NCBI GenBank assembly: GCA_013265495.1
Contig: MU061579.1
Coordinates: forward strand, 2,167,319-2,231,318
Source: Vicugna vicugna
Lineage: Eukaryota
DNA: 64,000 bases
Reading direction: 5' to 3'
Part shown: positions 35,776-49,574 of the stretch, piece by piece
How the letters are laid out: every line of letters begins with the position of its first letter
How positions within the stretch are numbered: position 1 is the first letter of the stretch
Position numbers and translations under genes: made by a program
Notes under the pieces: generated by a model
Database searches by the model: none
Seen by the model: the letters and a program-made list of their open reading frames with translations, nothing else
Told to the model about the DNA's origin: nothing

Positions 35776-37984
35776 GATTGTCATTAATTTGACCTTAGAG
35801 TATGTTGTTGAGATGATAAATTTGATGGCCACTGATTTCAAATACATTACTACTCAGATGAATCAAAATGGTGATTTACAATAATTTACTCCTGAAAACG
35901 AACACATACATTCACAAGAAAATCAGCTTACATATTATGGCCACATGGAAGTAATGAAACTCAAGTGTTTTTTCCTCAAAGAAAGTTATAACCTAGGAAA
36001 AGAGTTTTGTGAAGGAAAGTAATAGATAAAATATGCAGAAATTGTCATTTAATACTTCGCTATTATATGGTGTTTACTTGAACAAAGCACCTAAGAATAG
36101 TGTTTTCCCATCTGAAAAAGGTTGTGATGTAAGCATTTCTATTTCTGGCTAGGGAGCTGAGTATCTTTGTGCCACTTCAGTATTTTATATTTAAGAGGCT
36201 ACATCAAAAGATATAATACCATGCTAAGATACGGGTTACCAAGTTACAGAGTCATATCGGATTCAATAAAGGCCAATTGTTTACATGTAGATATATACAC
36301 ATTCATGTTGTTTACAATTTAGAAATTATATCAAAGTCAGGGAAGCCAAAGGCATGGATAAGGGGGTGAGGGGAAGAAGAATAGAGAATAGAAGAAAGAA
36401 TTATCCCAGACCTAAGCAGTAGCTAGCATGGGCGTCAGAAGTGCCAGAGGAGACTCTGTCCTTCAGCAATACTACTTCATCTAATCAGACAGAATCCTAA
36501 ACCCCCTCTTGAGACTCCTTGAAGGAGCCTCATGTTATTAATATGTAAACCAAAATGGTGGTAGAGTAGAAAACCTCTTGGTGAGCAAATCAAATGGCAC
36601 TACTTGACAGTCTTTATTGAATCATAATAGCCCTTCTGAAAAATCCTTGAAGGAGGAGGAAGGACTTTAAAACCTTGCACATGAAACACTTATTTTACAA
36701 TATTGTGCCCTCCGAATTTCAGTACCTTCACCACAGAATTCCATGGGCTCTGGCCTGGGGCCAGTGGCTAAGGTGGAGTAATTCATAGACACTGATGTGG
36801 AGCTGTCGGGATAAGAATTGAAACTCAGGTCAAACAGTCTCAAGGGAAAAAAAAAATCTGTTCAAGCATGTTGAGCAGCCTCAGTGAACAACAGAAGTGA
36901 ACCTCGTTTATGCTTTTAATGCTTATCAGGGATGGCAAGTTGGTTTCATTCAACCTGTTGCTTAATAAGGATTAACTGGTAATTGCTTGTTGGAGTGCCA
37001 CATTGAGAAGGACTTTATGGTAAATCTAAGTTATTGGGAAAGTGACATGGTTAATGGGAGACTTGCCTTAGAGTGGGATGGAGAGGATGCTTGCCAATAT
37101 TTGCCATTTCTAGGTAGAAATATAATGTCTAGGGGAGTGCTTGGTGAGAATGAAGTATTTAAGCAATGTTATTTATCTTTCATTTATCATAAACCACTTC
37201 TAGGTGTAGCCAACAAGAACCTTCTTACAGTGGGCCTCTGGCCAGTGTTTAGCAATATCCATTCAGAGAATCCCAGAAGGCAGAGTGGGGAGGTGAGCCG
37301 GAATCTAGGCACAGGAAGTGGTTCTATGTGATCCACCAATTGGCTCCTAAGAAGACTCATTCAAGTTTTATATATTTATATATGTTTAAATTAAATACAT
37401 TAGGCTATTCGTAAAAGGTAACATATTTTCTGAATACAAGAAGTAAGCTGAAGCTGTATTTTCTATTGTATTTATTACTGTGTTACAGCATGCCTAAGAT
37501 ATTCAGGACAGATATCCAGGGTAAATGAGGATATATTTTATTCTTCTCTTAATATTCCTTATTTTTTTTTTACTTAAAGTTAAAAATCTCTTTAATGTAA
37601 AAGTATAACTACCAAATCAGCCAGGATTTTTTTTAAAACCACTGTATACTCAAAAGCCTATTTTCCTTCTTAGTAGCTATGGGAGAATGGACTCCTAAGA
37701 GACTAGATTAATCAAATTTAAAAGCAAATGTAAATTTAAATCAACCATGGAGCCCTGCTGTACAGCAATTAACATTTCAAGGTAAAATGAAATGTGATGA
37801 TAGTAAATACCAGTTCTATGCATAGTTGGAAACATATTCTGTTTCATGGTGCATTTGGGCAGAGAATGGAAATTTGAAAGGAAAACCATTATTAACACAC
37901 TAGCTTTGACATTTCAAGATATAATTTAAACTTGATTACAACTTCTATTAGAAAATTTTCAATTTCCCTACCTCATAGTCCAGA

Positions 37985-38165
37985 TAAGTTTCTCAATCTT
38001 GGCACTATTGACATTTTGGACTGTATAATTCTTTCTTTAGGGTCTGTCCTGTGCACTGTGGGACATTTAGCAGAATCCCTGGCCTCTACCCACTAGGTTT
38101 CAGTAGCAACTCGCCCCCCTCCCACCCTTGGCAATTATGATGCCAAAAGCGTCTCCAGATACCAC
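37985..38165 (-). mobile_element. MER20, truncated
   Basis: gtttctcaatcttggcactattgacattttggac...ctgtcctgtgcactgt...atccctggcctctacccactag...gtctccaga. Confidence 0.92.
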
Positions 38166-38194
38166 GCACTGATTCGGGAATGAAGAGAAGTGGG

Positions 38195-38320
38195 TTACCA
38201 CTCACTAGTTCTCATACTCACTAACTGTGTCACTTTGGGTGGTTACTTATTTATTCTCTCTGGCCCAGATTTCCTTTAAATAGATGAAACTTTGGAATAC
38301 ACTTATTCAGTTCTAAAATT
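38195..38320 (+). mobile_element. MIR/MIR3 fragment
   Basis: cactaactgtgtcactttggg...ctctctggcccagatttcct...ttcagttctaaaatt. Confidence 0.6.
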
Positions 38321-41300
38321 ATTTAGTTTGATCTTTCTATTACTTTCTTCAAGGAAAAAAATAATGTTTTGGAGACAAAAAGTCCTTGAGGCTGGTCCCT
38401 GGGGGTTAAGCTGAAAGGAATGTGAAAACGTGGGTTAAAATCCGTGCAGCAGCAAAAGCCAGATCACGGGAGTCATGTGTACTCTTCATGAATGTCACTC
38501 AGGAGTCTGAATTTTTATAGTTGTTCTTGGTTACCATGGAAATCTGAAGAAATTGGGAGCAGTAGAAGGAAGGATGGAAGGTTGTGGAGGGTAGACGGAG
38601 GGGATATTACATTTGAAGAGCATTCAAGAAGTAAAGAATTACCTTCCATGTAATGTTTATAATTTTTAAGGCTATTTTCAGGCAAACTGTGTATGCTCAT
38701 TTATAAATCTCTGATAAGGATCTCTGTGGTTCTGAGTTAAGTGACACGCCTAAAATCACGATCTAGTCATTCATTTCCTTGGTTCAAGAATCTTTCCTCT
38801 TGCTCAAGGAGTGGAGGTCAAACATTTGCCTTCTGAAGCCAGAAGGCTCATTGCTAATTTTTAATGTCCACAGAATCTGCTGTTGTGGTCTTTCTGGGTC
38901 TGCTGACGAGGACAGGAAGCTCCACGTTGGTGAGTGCCTGTGCATAGACAGCACTATTGATGGATAATGGAGTTTCTAATTTAATCAGCCTGGGTTAGAG
39001 AGAACAACATAAATTAAAGCTTTATGAAGATGTTTGATTTGTCATGCTCAGAAAAAAACATCAAGGTAGACCTGTTTCTTCTTCATTTATGTTTGTGCTT
39101 TGTTAAATTTCTTAACTCTTGTCCTTTCCTAAGACATCAGCTGTCCGTTGTCCCTTTAGCCAGACTGTCCCTTTAGCGTGACTGTGGCGTGCACATTTGG
39201 TGTGACTGTGACTAACATTCTGGCTGGCCAGTGGGCACTGTTGCTCTCTGCAGCGAACACATCTTTCCTCCCTGATGAGAAATCACTTTTACTGGAAGTT
39301 ATCCTTAATCACCAGTCAAATGAGCATCTCTTGAAATCTGGCTTCTCTGTAACCTGCTGCTACCTCCTTATTGTATTGGCATCAGACAGGGTCATATATC
39401 AGTGCAAGTTAATTTCTTGAAATCTGTTAAATAGGGTGATCTTTCGCTCTGTGGCATGCAGATTATGTTGGTAAACTTAGTAATATATGGAAGTTAGCAC
39501 AGGAATCGTCCAGTCCTGCTCTTTTTCTTGTTACAGAGCTAGGGGACAGGTAATTTATTATACGCTTATTCACCCTGAATAGGTCAGAACCATGAAATTT
39601 GAGAATCCTTCATTTGAGGCTATCAAGTCATTGGGGAGATTAAATCTACATTGTGCTTTAATCTGCTGGAGGGCCATTGCCATCAGTAAAATGTCGGATC
39701 TGTCCGCATTGTTAATGTAAGGGGCACTGTCTGGGTAATCATCAGCTGAATGTGGTGACAAGTAATTTTATTGAAGGACCAAGTGAGAACTTAACCCTCT
39801 TGATTTTTTCCCTTGAACCCATTTTCTTACTTTTGATGGAATGAGGACATTTTTAGAAAATAGTGTGAGTGCTACACTGCTTTTAAACAAAATGTTTCTC
39901 ACTCTTACATCTAAACTTAGTTTGTCTGAAAGGTTATGCCAAAAGGAATTAACAGATTAACCCCCAAAAAGAAAAAAATGTAATTTTATAAGATTTGGAG
40001 CACTGTATTTTTCTATCTTATGCTAAGTCACTGGTTTTATAGTAATCTTTTGGGGTATTTACTTTTAATTTTTGAACAGAGAAGAGTTCTTCCCCCGCTA
40101 TGGATGTACAGAGTTGTATTAATCCTTGACATTGCTCGAACCAACTTTTCATAATAGAATATGTTCTCTCTCCCTTTCAGGCTGAGAGTTTAGACAGGCA
40201 AAAAAAGAAATATAGACTGAACTTTGAGCCTCTTAAATAATTCAAGATTAAAAGATGTTACTAAAGCCTGGAAGTCAGATATTAAAAACAGAATCTGTAT
40301 TCTGCAGTTGTCATATACTAATATAAGCTTGATCACAGATTTTTATATTTATAAAATATGAAATCATAGTTTTATACCTGTATGCATATATATATTCTAT
40401 TCATTTTGCAAGTACTTACTATACTCTGATGTATGTTTTAAACCAGTATAAACCAAGACTATAATTTGTTCACATAAGAAGATTAAATAGAGGTGTATGT
40501 ATGTGGCTTGCTGAAAATATGAGTTCAATGACTTTCAAAACCCATATTTTTACTGCTTAAAAGAAAGGTAATTTGATTTGCTTTCTGAAAACGAAATCCT
40601 GTAATATTTGACTGTGAAATTATGCATCTAACTCTTTACTTAGAATAATTTGGGAAGCTTTTTTTTTTTTCCTTTTTTAATCTTCAAATGACTCCACTTT
40701 GTCAGGTTATTTCAGTTATCAAGGAACAGCGGTAGTGGTGAGTCAACGTGGAGGTTGAAATAGAGAGGTAATGAAATACATTCTGAAATTAGAAAACAGA
40801 GTTAATGGTGATGTTTGAATGAAACCTTTTCAAACCCACTGTCAAAACACAACTTCTTCTCCCTTCTTGTTTGACTCTCATGGCAACCTTGGTACCTTTT
40901 ACAGTGACTTCCCTTCTAGCGTGTGTTTTCTGAATGCCTTTCATTTAATAGGCATATTTTAGAAATCTAATTTCGCTGTCTGCTTCAGATCAGCGATGCC
41001 GTAGAAACCTAACCATTTTAGACTGTCTGGATGCTGTTTTCATCAAGTCATTAACGTTGTTATTGAGGGTGACATAAGGAAGTTATCCCCCCTCACTCAG
41101 AGCATCTTATTTGTTAAAGACCACAACCTCTTAACCTTTCTAAAGGATGTGGTTTCACCAAGTTAACTTTTTATGTGTAGCTAACTGTTTTCCATTACAA
41201 TTTCAGTTTCTGTCTGCAGTGCTTCCTGTGCAACGTGCAGGGCTTTTCTGTGTCAGTAAAGCATGGCCAGGTTATGAACAGGTGTTCTCAGGATCTGAGT

Positions 41301-41669
41301 TTCTTAGCACATTAGATCTGAAGCTCAGACTCCTTATTTTCGAGATGAGGGAGCTCAAAATTCAGGTTGTCCTGCTAAACAGCACCAACACGACGAGCTC
41401 TATTATGATATCCTGACACTTCATCAAATGTGTTCTCCCTCTTTCACACTCCACCCTTTTTTTTTGAACCAGTCTTATCTTTGTTAGAACTATATTTTGA
41501 GACCCTGAAAACCAGGTAACTTATATTAGCCCTTTTTGTTCTGGATCGCTTCTCCTTTGTTTATGTTAAATCATAGCACAGATCTCAGCCTTCTGCTTTA
41601 TGCCATGATTTACCTGGGCTGAACTCTTAACATGAACTGAAACGTGGTTTGTTACAAAAGTAGCATTAT

Positions 41670-42130
41670 TGCTTTTGTAGAAACAATACATACTTGGACA
41701 CCAGTTTAAATAATACAAGTTTAGATAAAGAAAATACTAAAAAGGAACAGAAATTACACCAGTCACTCAAACCCATGGTTAATATTTTAGCGAGCATACT
41801 GACAATCATATGTCTGTGCAAAGATTTATTATTTGTACGTGTATCAAATTTTGCCTGCACCGATTCATACGTAATAGATCACCAGTAATACCTGAGGTTG
41901 CCATTTCCTTTAACATGGCTAATACCAATCTTCGTCAATTTTTAAAATATTTACCATTCTGATCTACATGTAAAAAAAGTCTTTTGTTTTTTTAGCTCAG
42001 CAGAAGCCTTTAAATAATGCCTTTGATTCTTCTTTTGAGTCTTACTGATTTGTTAAGGTGTGTCATCTGCTTGGCTATTTAATCTCTATATGTTGATATT
42101 TTACAAATATTCCTCTCAGTTAAAAAAAAA
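41670..42130 (-). mobile_element. Very old L1 (L1ME-like) fragment
   Basis: aatacatact...gttaatattttag...ccatttcc...ccattctgat...ttactgatttg...caaatattcctctcagtt; heavily degraded. Confidence 0.45.
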
Positions 42131-43437
42131 TCCAAACAGTTATGTCTTCTTATGTTGTTTTTGTTTGTTGTTTTCTGTTTCTGTTGTTTTGTTATTCTTT
42201 GTTTTGCTACCAGGAGTTTTCCTTTGTAGTGAGGATACACTTATTATTTTAAACCATGCAGGTAATAAATGTACTGGAATTACGTTCAGAGGTAGACCTC
42301 TGTATAAGCAGGTTAACAGTAAATAACACCATAAATTATTTTTAAAATATTTCTCTACATAAGTAAGTAATATTGATAATATCTCTGTAGCAAGGAGAAG
42401 GTCTTCTATTTGGCAAGAGTAACAAATGCCCAAATACATGTAACCAAGCTAATTGGCTGTTTACTGATTTCCTTCCATTGGCTTAGCATCCCTTGGGCAT
42501 TTACTTCTTCATCTTGTTATTGTACTGACACTCCACATGAAGCGTGATTTTTTTTTTTTAACCTTAAGTGTGTCCTGTGTTAGGAGTCATTTCTGAGCTG
42601 AATACATTAAATTTCTTGCTTCCTTCCAACGTGCCATATGCTATTTTATCATTGAATAGTGGAAATAAGATCACTTACCTGGAGGAATTCTGCATCATCT
42701 TAAGGCTGGTTGCCACAGACCTATTTGGTCAGCAGTGTTAATGCTCTGTCTCTTGTGTTGAGCCTCCTGGCTTAGGGCTCTGATGCTCTCTACAAATAAT
42801 TCTGTTCTTCCTATCCTTTTCTTTTTTTGTTCTTTACTGTCACTACTCTTGCTGTAGTGAAGTTGTTCATTTTGTTTGTAGTATAGTGCACTCTCTTTCT
42901 TAGAACTTTCTATTTGCCAGTCTGAGACTCTTTTGTTTTCATCCTGGATGTCTTCAAAGACCAGTGAAGTCAAGTGGAATGCTAATGACAAAGACAAGTT
43001 GAATGCTAAGGACAGACATGGTCAATGTGTAGGGACAGTTCAGCATTTAAAGATTTTATTAACTTTTTGGTTACAATTAGGAGACCACAGGGATACCACA
43101 ATTGGTATCGCATGAGGTCAATCAATCTGCCCTAATGCTTGTGTGCTGCCTTCTCAGCATCCATATTTCAAAAACAAAAGCTATTAATTGTGTTTCCTTG
43201 TATATGCAGTGGAGAGGGCTCTGATTCTTTGGAAAGCCAAGTCATTCCTGGTTAGAAAAGGGAAGAACTTAGATGATTGAAAGGAAACTAAAAGGCAGGA
43301 GGATTTTGCTTCTAACAGATATAGAAAAGCACAAAGAGTGAGTAGAGTTCATTGAAAAGTAAGAGAAAGAGGCCTCTTAATAAGTTGGTACTTTGAACAC
43401 TAGTTCAGAGGGAAAACCAATAAAAACGTAAATTTTT

Positions 43438-43560
43438 GAATATGAAAACAAATCTATGTATGTATGTGTATGACTGAACTATTATGTTGTACAACAGAAA
43501 TTGACACAACATTGTAAACTGACTATACTTCAATTAAAAAAAAAACAAAGTAAACTTAAA
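43438..43560 (+). mobile_element. Extremely 5'-truncated L1 3' terminus (about 100 bp) with polyA
   Basis: gaatatgaaaa...tatgtatgtatgtgtatgactgaactattatgttgtacaacagaaattgacacaacattgtaaactgactatacttcaatt(A)n is the reverse complement of the termini at about 15290 and 20400. Confidence 0.9.
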
Positions 43561-43736
43561 AAAAGTAAACTTTTATGAAAATGTGATTGAAGCTGGAAAT
43601 TCTTTACATTGTTTGGAGGGTAGATACTAAAATCAGTGAACGAAATGAGAATTAACATTAGTTGGACCATCCACCAACAAACATCAATAAGACATTGGAT
43701 TCATTCGATTCTCAGAGCTGTAAAAGTTGGCTCTCA

Positions 43737-43865
43737 CAAAATCCCATTTCACAGGTGGGAAATCTGAGATCAGATTTGGGGTCAAAGAGGTCAAATAGTT
43801 TGCAATGTGTTTATTTAGTAGTGGAGCACCAACTCTCTCTGGTTTCAAAAGCGTGATCTTTCTGT
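43737..43865 (-). mobile_element. MIR SINE fragment
   Basis: atcccatttcacaggtgggaaatctgag...agaggtcaaatagtttgc. Confidence 0.7.
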
Positions 43866-45619
43866 TTCCAGTGAGGGTCTTAGAAATAAGAAAAATTTCC
43901 AGGGAAACAAACAGGTTTGGTGAACTTTTGGATTGCCAAAACACACATTGTTGAACAGAAAATAAACTCTCTTTGTGCTACTCTGAAGAAGTAGAGTTGA
44001 CGGGATATTGGTAGGTGTAAATGAATGATGACCTAGTATTTTCTTGTTTGTTTCTTTGTTTTAATATCGCCTGTATTTTCCAGTTGGAAAGTTTCAGGTT
44101 AAATTCCCCAGATATGGCTTGTCTACTTACTGTAATTTTCAGATCGTGTACCATTCTTCACCTATGTTGGGAGTCTATGTGAACAAGCATGTACTATCCA
44201 AGATGTTCCACTTATCTGTCCAGGATATACCCTTCTCAAGTGAACACCTTTCTGTTTAACCTACCCCTGACCCCAAACCAGCATCATTTGCTCTTTTTTG
44301 GTGTTCAAAGTTTGAAGTGATTGAATCTATTTACAATTTTATGCAAAACTGAATGTGAACATACTAAGATTCTTTTTTTAATCTTTCAGAATTTAATATG
44401 TGACTTTTATAGCACAAATACAGACTAATTTCAGTTTTGATCATTAGATTCTAGGCAAAGAAAACATTGTATACTTGTCTGAATTTCTAGCACCTAGTAT
44501 ACTGTCATCTGCCTTTGAACTGAATTGTTTTGATGCTGTTTAAAGAGAACACTTTTCTGTATCAGAATCATTAAAGAAAAAACTTATTCTGACCCACATA
44601 TTTTATAGGATATTAAACACTACTTAGATGGACCTTTGGAGTTTCTGGCTAAAAGATCTTACTTCCTGATTATTAAGAAAAGGTGGTTGCAGAGTAGCAA
44701 GACAGAGCCAGACAAGAGAGAGAGATTCATGGGTTTTCTATGGAATAATTGTACTACGTGATGGCCCCACCTTATCCACTTAAAGTTCTGTTCTTTCAAT
44801 ATGAGGATGATGCCTCTAATGATTCAACGTCAGCATTACACGATCCTGAGTTGTTTTTCCCGTAGAGGAAATTACTTTTCTCTGATTCACCAACCCCTCC
44901 ACCCCCCGCCTTGGTTCTGTTTCCCTAGTGTTACACTGCATGTGGGTATAACGTGACTGACTGGGTGATTGTTAGATTCTAACAGTAGGTCTGAGCAATT
45001 AATGCATGTGTGTATTTTGTCTACACGCTATGTTATAATAACCACTTGAGCAAAATAGCTGTATATACACATTGTGTTGAAAACACAACAAAATGACAAA
45101 GAAAAAGACATGAAAAATTTTTCTATTTTCTGCTATGTAACCCTTATCTAATTACCTGTCAACTGAGGGATTTAGGATAGGTGATTTTTGACTGTTCTCA
45201 AGTTCTGAAAATTTGTGGTTCATAAATTCAATGTGGTCAAACAAGTAGATTATTTTCCACATGTTAATTCCTTACATAGGACTGTACTATTTAATATTTT
45301 TAGGAGTGTTGTTTTTGTTGTACTTGTTTGGAAAATAAGCACAATAATATTATTATCTTTAGATATATGTACATGTCAAAATAACATTTCAAGTTGATCT
45401 ATTTTCAATGATAGAAAATAATCATATTTTGTCAGCCAGATACTATGTCTAAGTAACACAGAAGTAGAGTATTTTGTTTGTTTTTTATTTGACCCTTTTT
45501 TTCCCATAGTTAAACTTCTGATTCATTTTGGCCCTTACTAGTTTCAAATTATGAGCTTTATAAATTCTAAGCGTGGAAAAATATAATCCTATTAGGGGCA
45601 CATGAAGGAGTCTGGCCGA

Positions 45620-45760
45620 TGTTGTAGGAAAGCTGAAAAGGTCCATGGAAATGTCAGCCTTTAAGCCCTCACATTATGGTTGAAGAATCTGAGGTCGAGG
45701 TGATGTTGTTCCAACCCTTAGCTGTCCAGGTCCTCTGAGTTCTAATCCTCAGTCTTCCAG
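45620..45760 (-). mobile_element. MIR3-like fragment
   Basis: agctgaaaaggtccatggaaa...ccctcacattatggttgaagaatctgagg. Confidence 0.5.
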
Positions 45761-46943
45761 CTTATCCATGATAGATTTCTTTAAATTGGAAAATAGTTAA
45801 TAATAAGGTGATAATGTTAGTGTGAATTCCTAGGGGTGATGCAAGTCAAAAATTGTTGTGCTCTCCAGGAATTTCAGAGAGAAATGCCAACAGGGTGAAA
45901 GTCTCTGTAGCTGACCGTATTTTCTTTGTAGGACCCAGAATCGATCAGAATCATTCTCCCCACAGGAAACTTTCTTGCCATTAGCAATCTGTAGTTCATA
46001 AAATCTGTAGTATAAAATCATGCTGAGGAATTGGGTAACCCTTATTCATATAAGAAGATATTTGTAGCCTAATACCTTGGCCATTGTGAAATGTAGAAAT
46101 CTGTTTCTGAAATAGCCTTCTTTGAAGTGTATACATAGTGAGGTATCACAGAATTATATTTCAGAATTGATGGTGTATTTTGTCCAGTATTTTTACCAAG
46201 ATAATGTCTTATGCCAATTGTAAACATCCTTGTAGAGTCTGCTGCCTCTGCTGAAACTTTTAGCTACTGCAAGTTTTAAATAAATATGCTGAGAAAAATC
46301 TCGGGTTTACTCGGTTTTCTCAGTAGTTTTTCTCTGCTAAATAACAAAAGGGTCATAAGTGAGATCAGGTGGAACATCGCTTGATTTTAGTTTCCTATTT
46401 GAAATGAAAATATTTGTTCTCCTGACATTCTGACGTTTGCAGCACTACATTTTAAAAGATTTAATATAGTACCATAAGGCTGATTTAGTGTAGTTTTGAA
46501 CCACAAGATTGTGGAAACATAATTCTGATTGTAAGAATTTACTGCCCAAAGTGAGTCCAGAAATGAAAAAATAAGTAAATAAATGTTTTTCTGGTCATGT
46601 ACAAGAGACAAACACTAAAGCAAAATAAATTATTTCATATATATTAAAACCAGTTAAGGGAGATGTTTTGGCCTGAAAGCTTTAGCATTGCCAATAAATA
46701 TCTCCCTTTTGCAATTTTTAAAGCTTTCTTCAAGTTCATGTGTGTTCTGGGATTAGAGTGACACTAAGGGAAATTGGACTTTTGCCTGGTGGTTATGGAA
46801 TAACTTCCCCTTGCTCCAAAATTTAGTGGGATGAAAAAGATTCTGTATTGGTTTCCTGCCCAGAAAATGATGCCTCCTTCTCTGATTAAGCAGTTAGTTA
46901 CTCTCCATTTGGTAACCCCAGATGGCCATAGGTGGCTCTAATA

Positions 46944-47159
46944 CAGTGGTTCTCATCCAGGGGTTGCTGTATCCCCAAGGGAACATTTGGCAATGTCTGG
47001 AGACATTTTTAGTAGTCACAGTCAGGGGTGGTGCTATTGGTATAGAGTGGGTAGAGGGGAATGGATACTGCTAAACCTTCTACAGTGCACAAGCCAGGTT
47101 CCCGCAGTAAAGAATTACCCGGCCCCAGATGTCAGTAGTGCCAAGGCAGAGAACGCCTG
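46944..47159 (+). mobile_element. MER20, full length, with perfect 8-bp TSD
   Basis: cagtggttctca...acatttggcaatgtctggagacattttt...gtgggtagagg...aagaattacccggcccc...agtgccaagg...cctg; TSD CTCTAATA at 46936-46943 and 47160-47167. Confidence 0.95.
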
Positions 47160-47167
47160 CTCTAATA

Positions 47168-47315
47168 ATTTATCACATTGTATCTTAATCATTTGTTTAC
47201 TTGCGTCTCACCTTTACTGGCTTGTAAGATTTTTACTGGTCAGGGACTGGCCTTCTGCCTCCTGAAGTATTCTCAACAAAAAGAGGAGTTCCATAAATAT
47301 TAAATGTTGAATGAC
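47168..47315 (+). mobile_element. L2 3' end remnant
   Basis: tttatcacattgtat...tttgtttacttgcgtctc...tgtaag...cagggactg...ataaatat...tgttgaatga. Confidence 0.6.
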
Positions 47316-47374
47316 TCTCAAATATAAGTCTGACTATGACTGCTACCTCATTGGTGAGTTGTGGAAATCACTGT

Positions 47375-47888
47375 TTACATTTTGTGCTGATATGTGGCAC
47401 ACACGAAAAATTGTACAGATCTTAAGTGTACAGGTCAATAAATCATCAGAAAATGAATACATCCCTATAGCTACATAGACTAACAAGTGAATAGTGCCAA
47501 CCTACCATAAACTATGTGTATCCCAAACATCATTTTCTACCTCCTCTCCACTTGTAACTGCCATCTTGACTTCGAACACTTTCCTGTTTTAAAATTGTTT
47601 TCTCGTTCAAAATCACAGAATATTTATGAGATTCATCCAAGTTGTGTATAGCTGTAAGTTGTCCATTTTCATTGCTGAAGAATATTTCACTGGATTAATG
47701 TACCACATGCTTTATTCATTTAATTGTTAATGAATATTTTGGTTGTTCCCAGTGTTAACCCTGAGAGTTAATATGACTGTAAGTATTCCTGTGCATGTCT
47801 GTTGGTGTGTATATACACACGTTTTTGTTGGATGTATACCAGAAGTGAAATTGTAAGATCATATTAGATCGTGCACATGTTCATCTTG
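47375..47888 (-). mobile_element. Old L1 3' end, L1ME-like
   Basis: gtacagatcttaagtgtacag...tgagattcatccaagttg...ttttcattgctgaagaatatt...tggttgttcccagt...ttcctgtgcatgtc...gaagtgaaattg. Confidence 0.85.
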
Positions 47889-49574
47889 AAATATGAGACA
47901 TAATCATATAGAGAGATAGGCAAAACAGTCCTTTTCCTTAATGCAGCATAGGTATAGTTTACAAGGAATTTGTTGCTACTTGGGATAAAAATAACCTCTA
48001 ACATCAGTGACTGATGCAGAAATTTAATTGCATAAAAGGCTCAAGTTTTTCTCTTTTCTCTTTATGGCTTCCTATTGTTTTAAGCCTTTCTAATCCTGCT
48101 ATAACATAGGCTTAGTCACTGCAACTTGATTTCACAACACCTAAAGTCACAAAAGGAATATTTGTTACTTGATTTATGTCAACCATCCCTCCTCACATTA
48201 CACATACCTCCACTGTGCTCAGTTTACCCGTTCACCTTATACTTTGAACCTTTTGTCCACATGTGTATCTGTTGCTTTTTTCCTTCTTATTTTCCTTATT
48301 CCATTTATCTTTATTTCATCTCATCGTGGTCATTTTTCTTCTAGTTGAACTTCTACAGCCATATATTAATAACATGTGATATCTATTTGGGCAGAAGAGA
48401 GGAATCATGTTAACATGCAGTGTATAATTTCATGGTGACTATCTAAGACATTAAAACTTATATTAAACCTAGCATTTTAAGACTTTATGAAAACTTACGA
48501 GTTATTTAGTATAAGACTCTAGTTTTACTGTTGAAACCCATGGGGAAATTTAAAGTGACTTGTCAAAAAGAAAATGACTACTCAGCAGTGGGGTTGGGGC
48601 CACAATGAGAGATTGTGGGATTTTGGACGTAGAATCACAGGCTCTTTCCAACAAGGAATGATGTGCTAAGTAAAAGGAGATGGGAATGACATAAGGGAAT
48701 TACTAAATTTTTTAGTGTATCCTATAGATGACTACAATCTTTAGTGGCCAGAAGAAAACCTTAATTGTAGTAGGAAATATGCCTTTTTCATATAGGAACA
48801 TATAAATAGGCATCCTTAACTGCTTTGAGCAACTATCAGTGCAAAACATCTTTAGATTTAAGGAACATGAATGCAAACAACTAACTTATTGACACCAGAG
48901 GAAGAAATTCTAAAAGAGAAACAGAAGTGAGTTTTCTCTTTGAGAAATTGTGGTGTGTGTAGGGGGGCAGTGGGGATGGTAAAGTACACCAGGGTTATAT
49001 ACTGAGAGTTTTTCTTTTCCTAATAAGTGATGTTGACATATATCTATTCAAACAAATTAATTCCCCATTGTGATGGAGCCTCTGATGGAAACCATTAAAA
49101 TCAAATTCACATAGGAAGTGGGTGGAAGCACAGAAAGAGGAGGGAACTAGAAAAAAGCATTTAAAATTTTCCCGTAATGTGAGTACTAGCATTTTTCCTT
49201 TTTCATAGCCATTTCACTAACAATTTAATGTTTGATGCTGCTTATAGACTAGAATACAGATCGAAAATAAGCTTCTTTTCCGATGCCAACTTCCTGCACT
49301 TGTGATTGTTACAGGGAACACTATTTTGAGGAGATTTCTGAGGCCAACGGCAGATTTATTAAGGAGTGGCAGCAGCCATGCCAAGTATCTGCCATCTTGC
49401 TGGAGACAAAAAAGGCTAGTGTTCCAGTTTCATCCTCACCATCTCTGCATGGCTTTCTCTGAGGCATCTCAAACTGAGCAGATTCACAAAGGAATGCCTA
49501 GTCTGTTTTCTTAGGCTGCTTTGCCAGCAGATTTTTCAATCCCAGGATATGGAACCATTCTTTACACAGTGACT

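Noticed and set aside
42679..42789. Minus-strand exon with perfect donor CAG/GTAAGT
   Set aside because: The acceptor has a poor pyrimidine tract, all three frames have stops and no partner exon is supported; isolated consensus donors are common.
46987..47265. 92-aa ORF
   Set aside because: It lies within MER20 and the adjacent L2 remnant.
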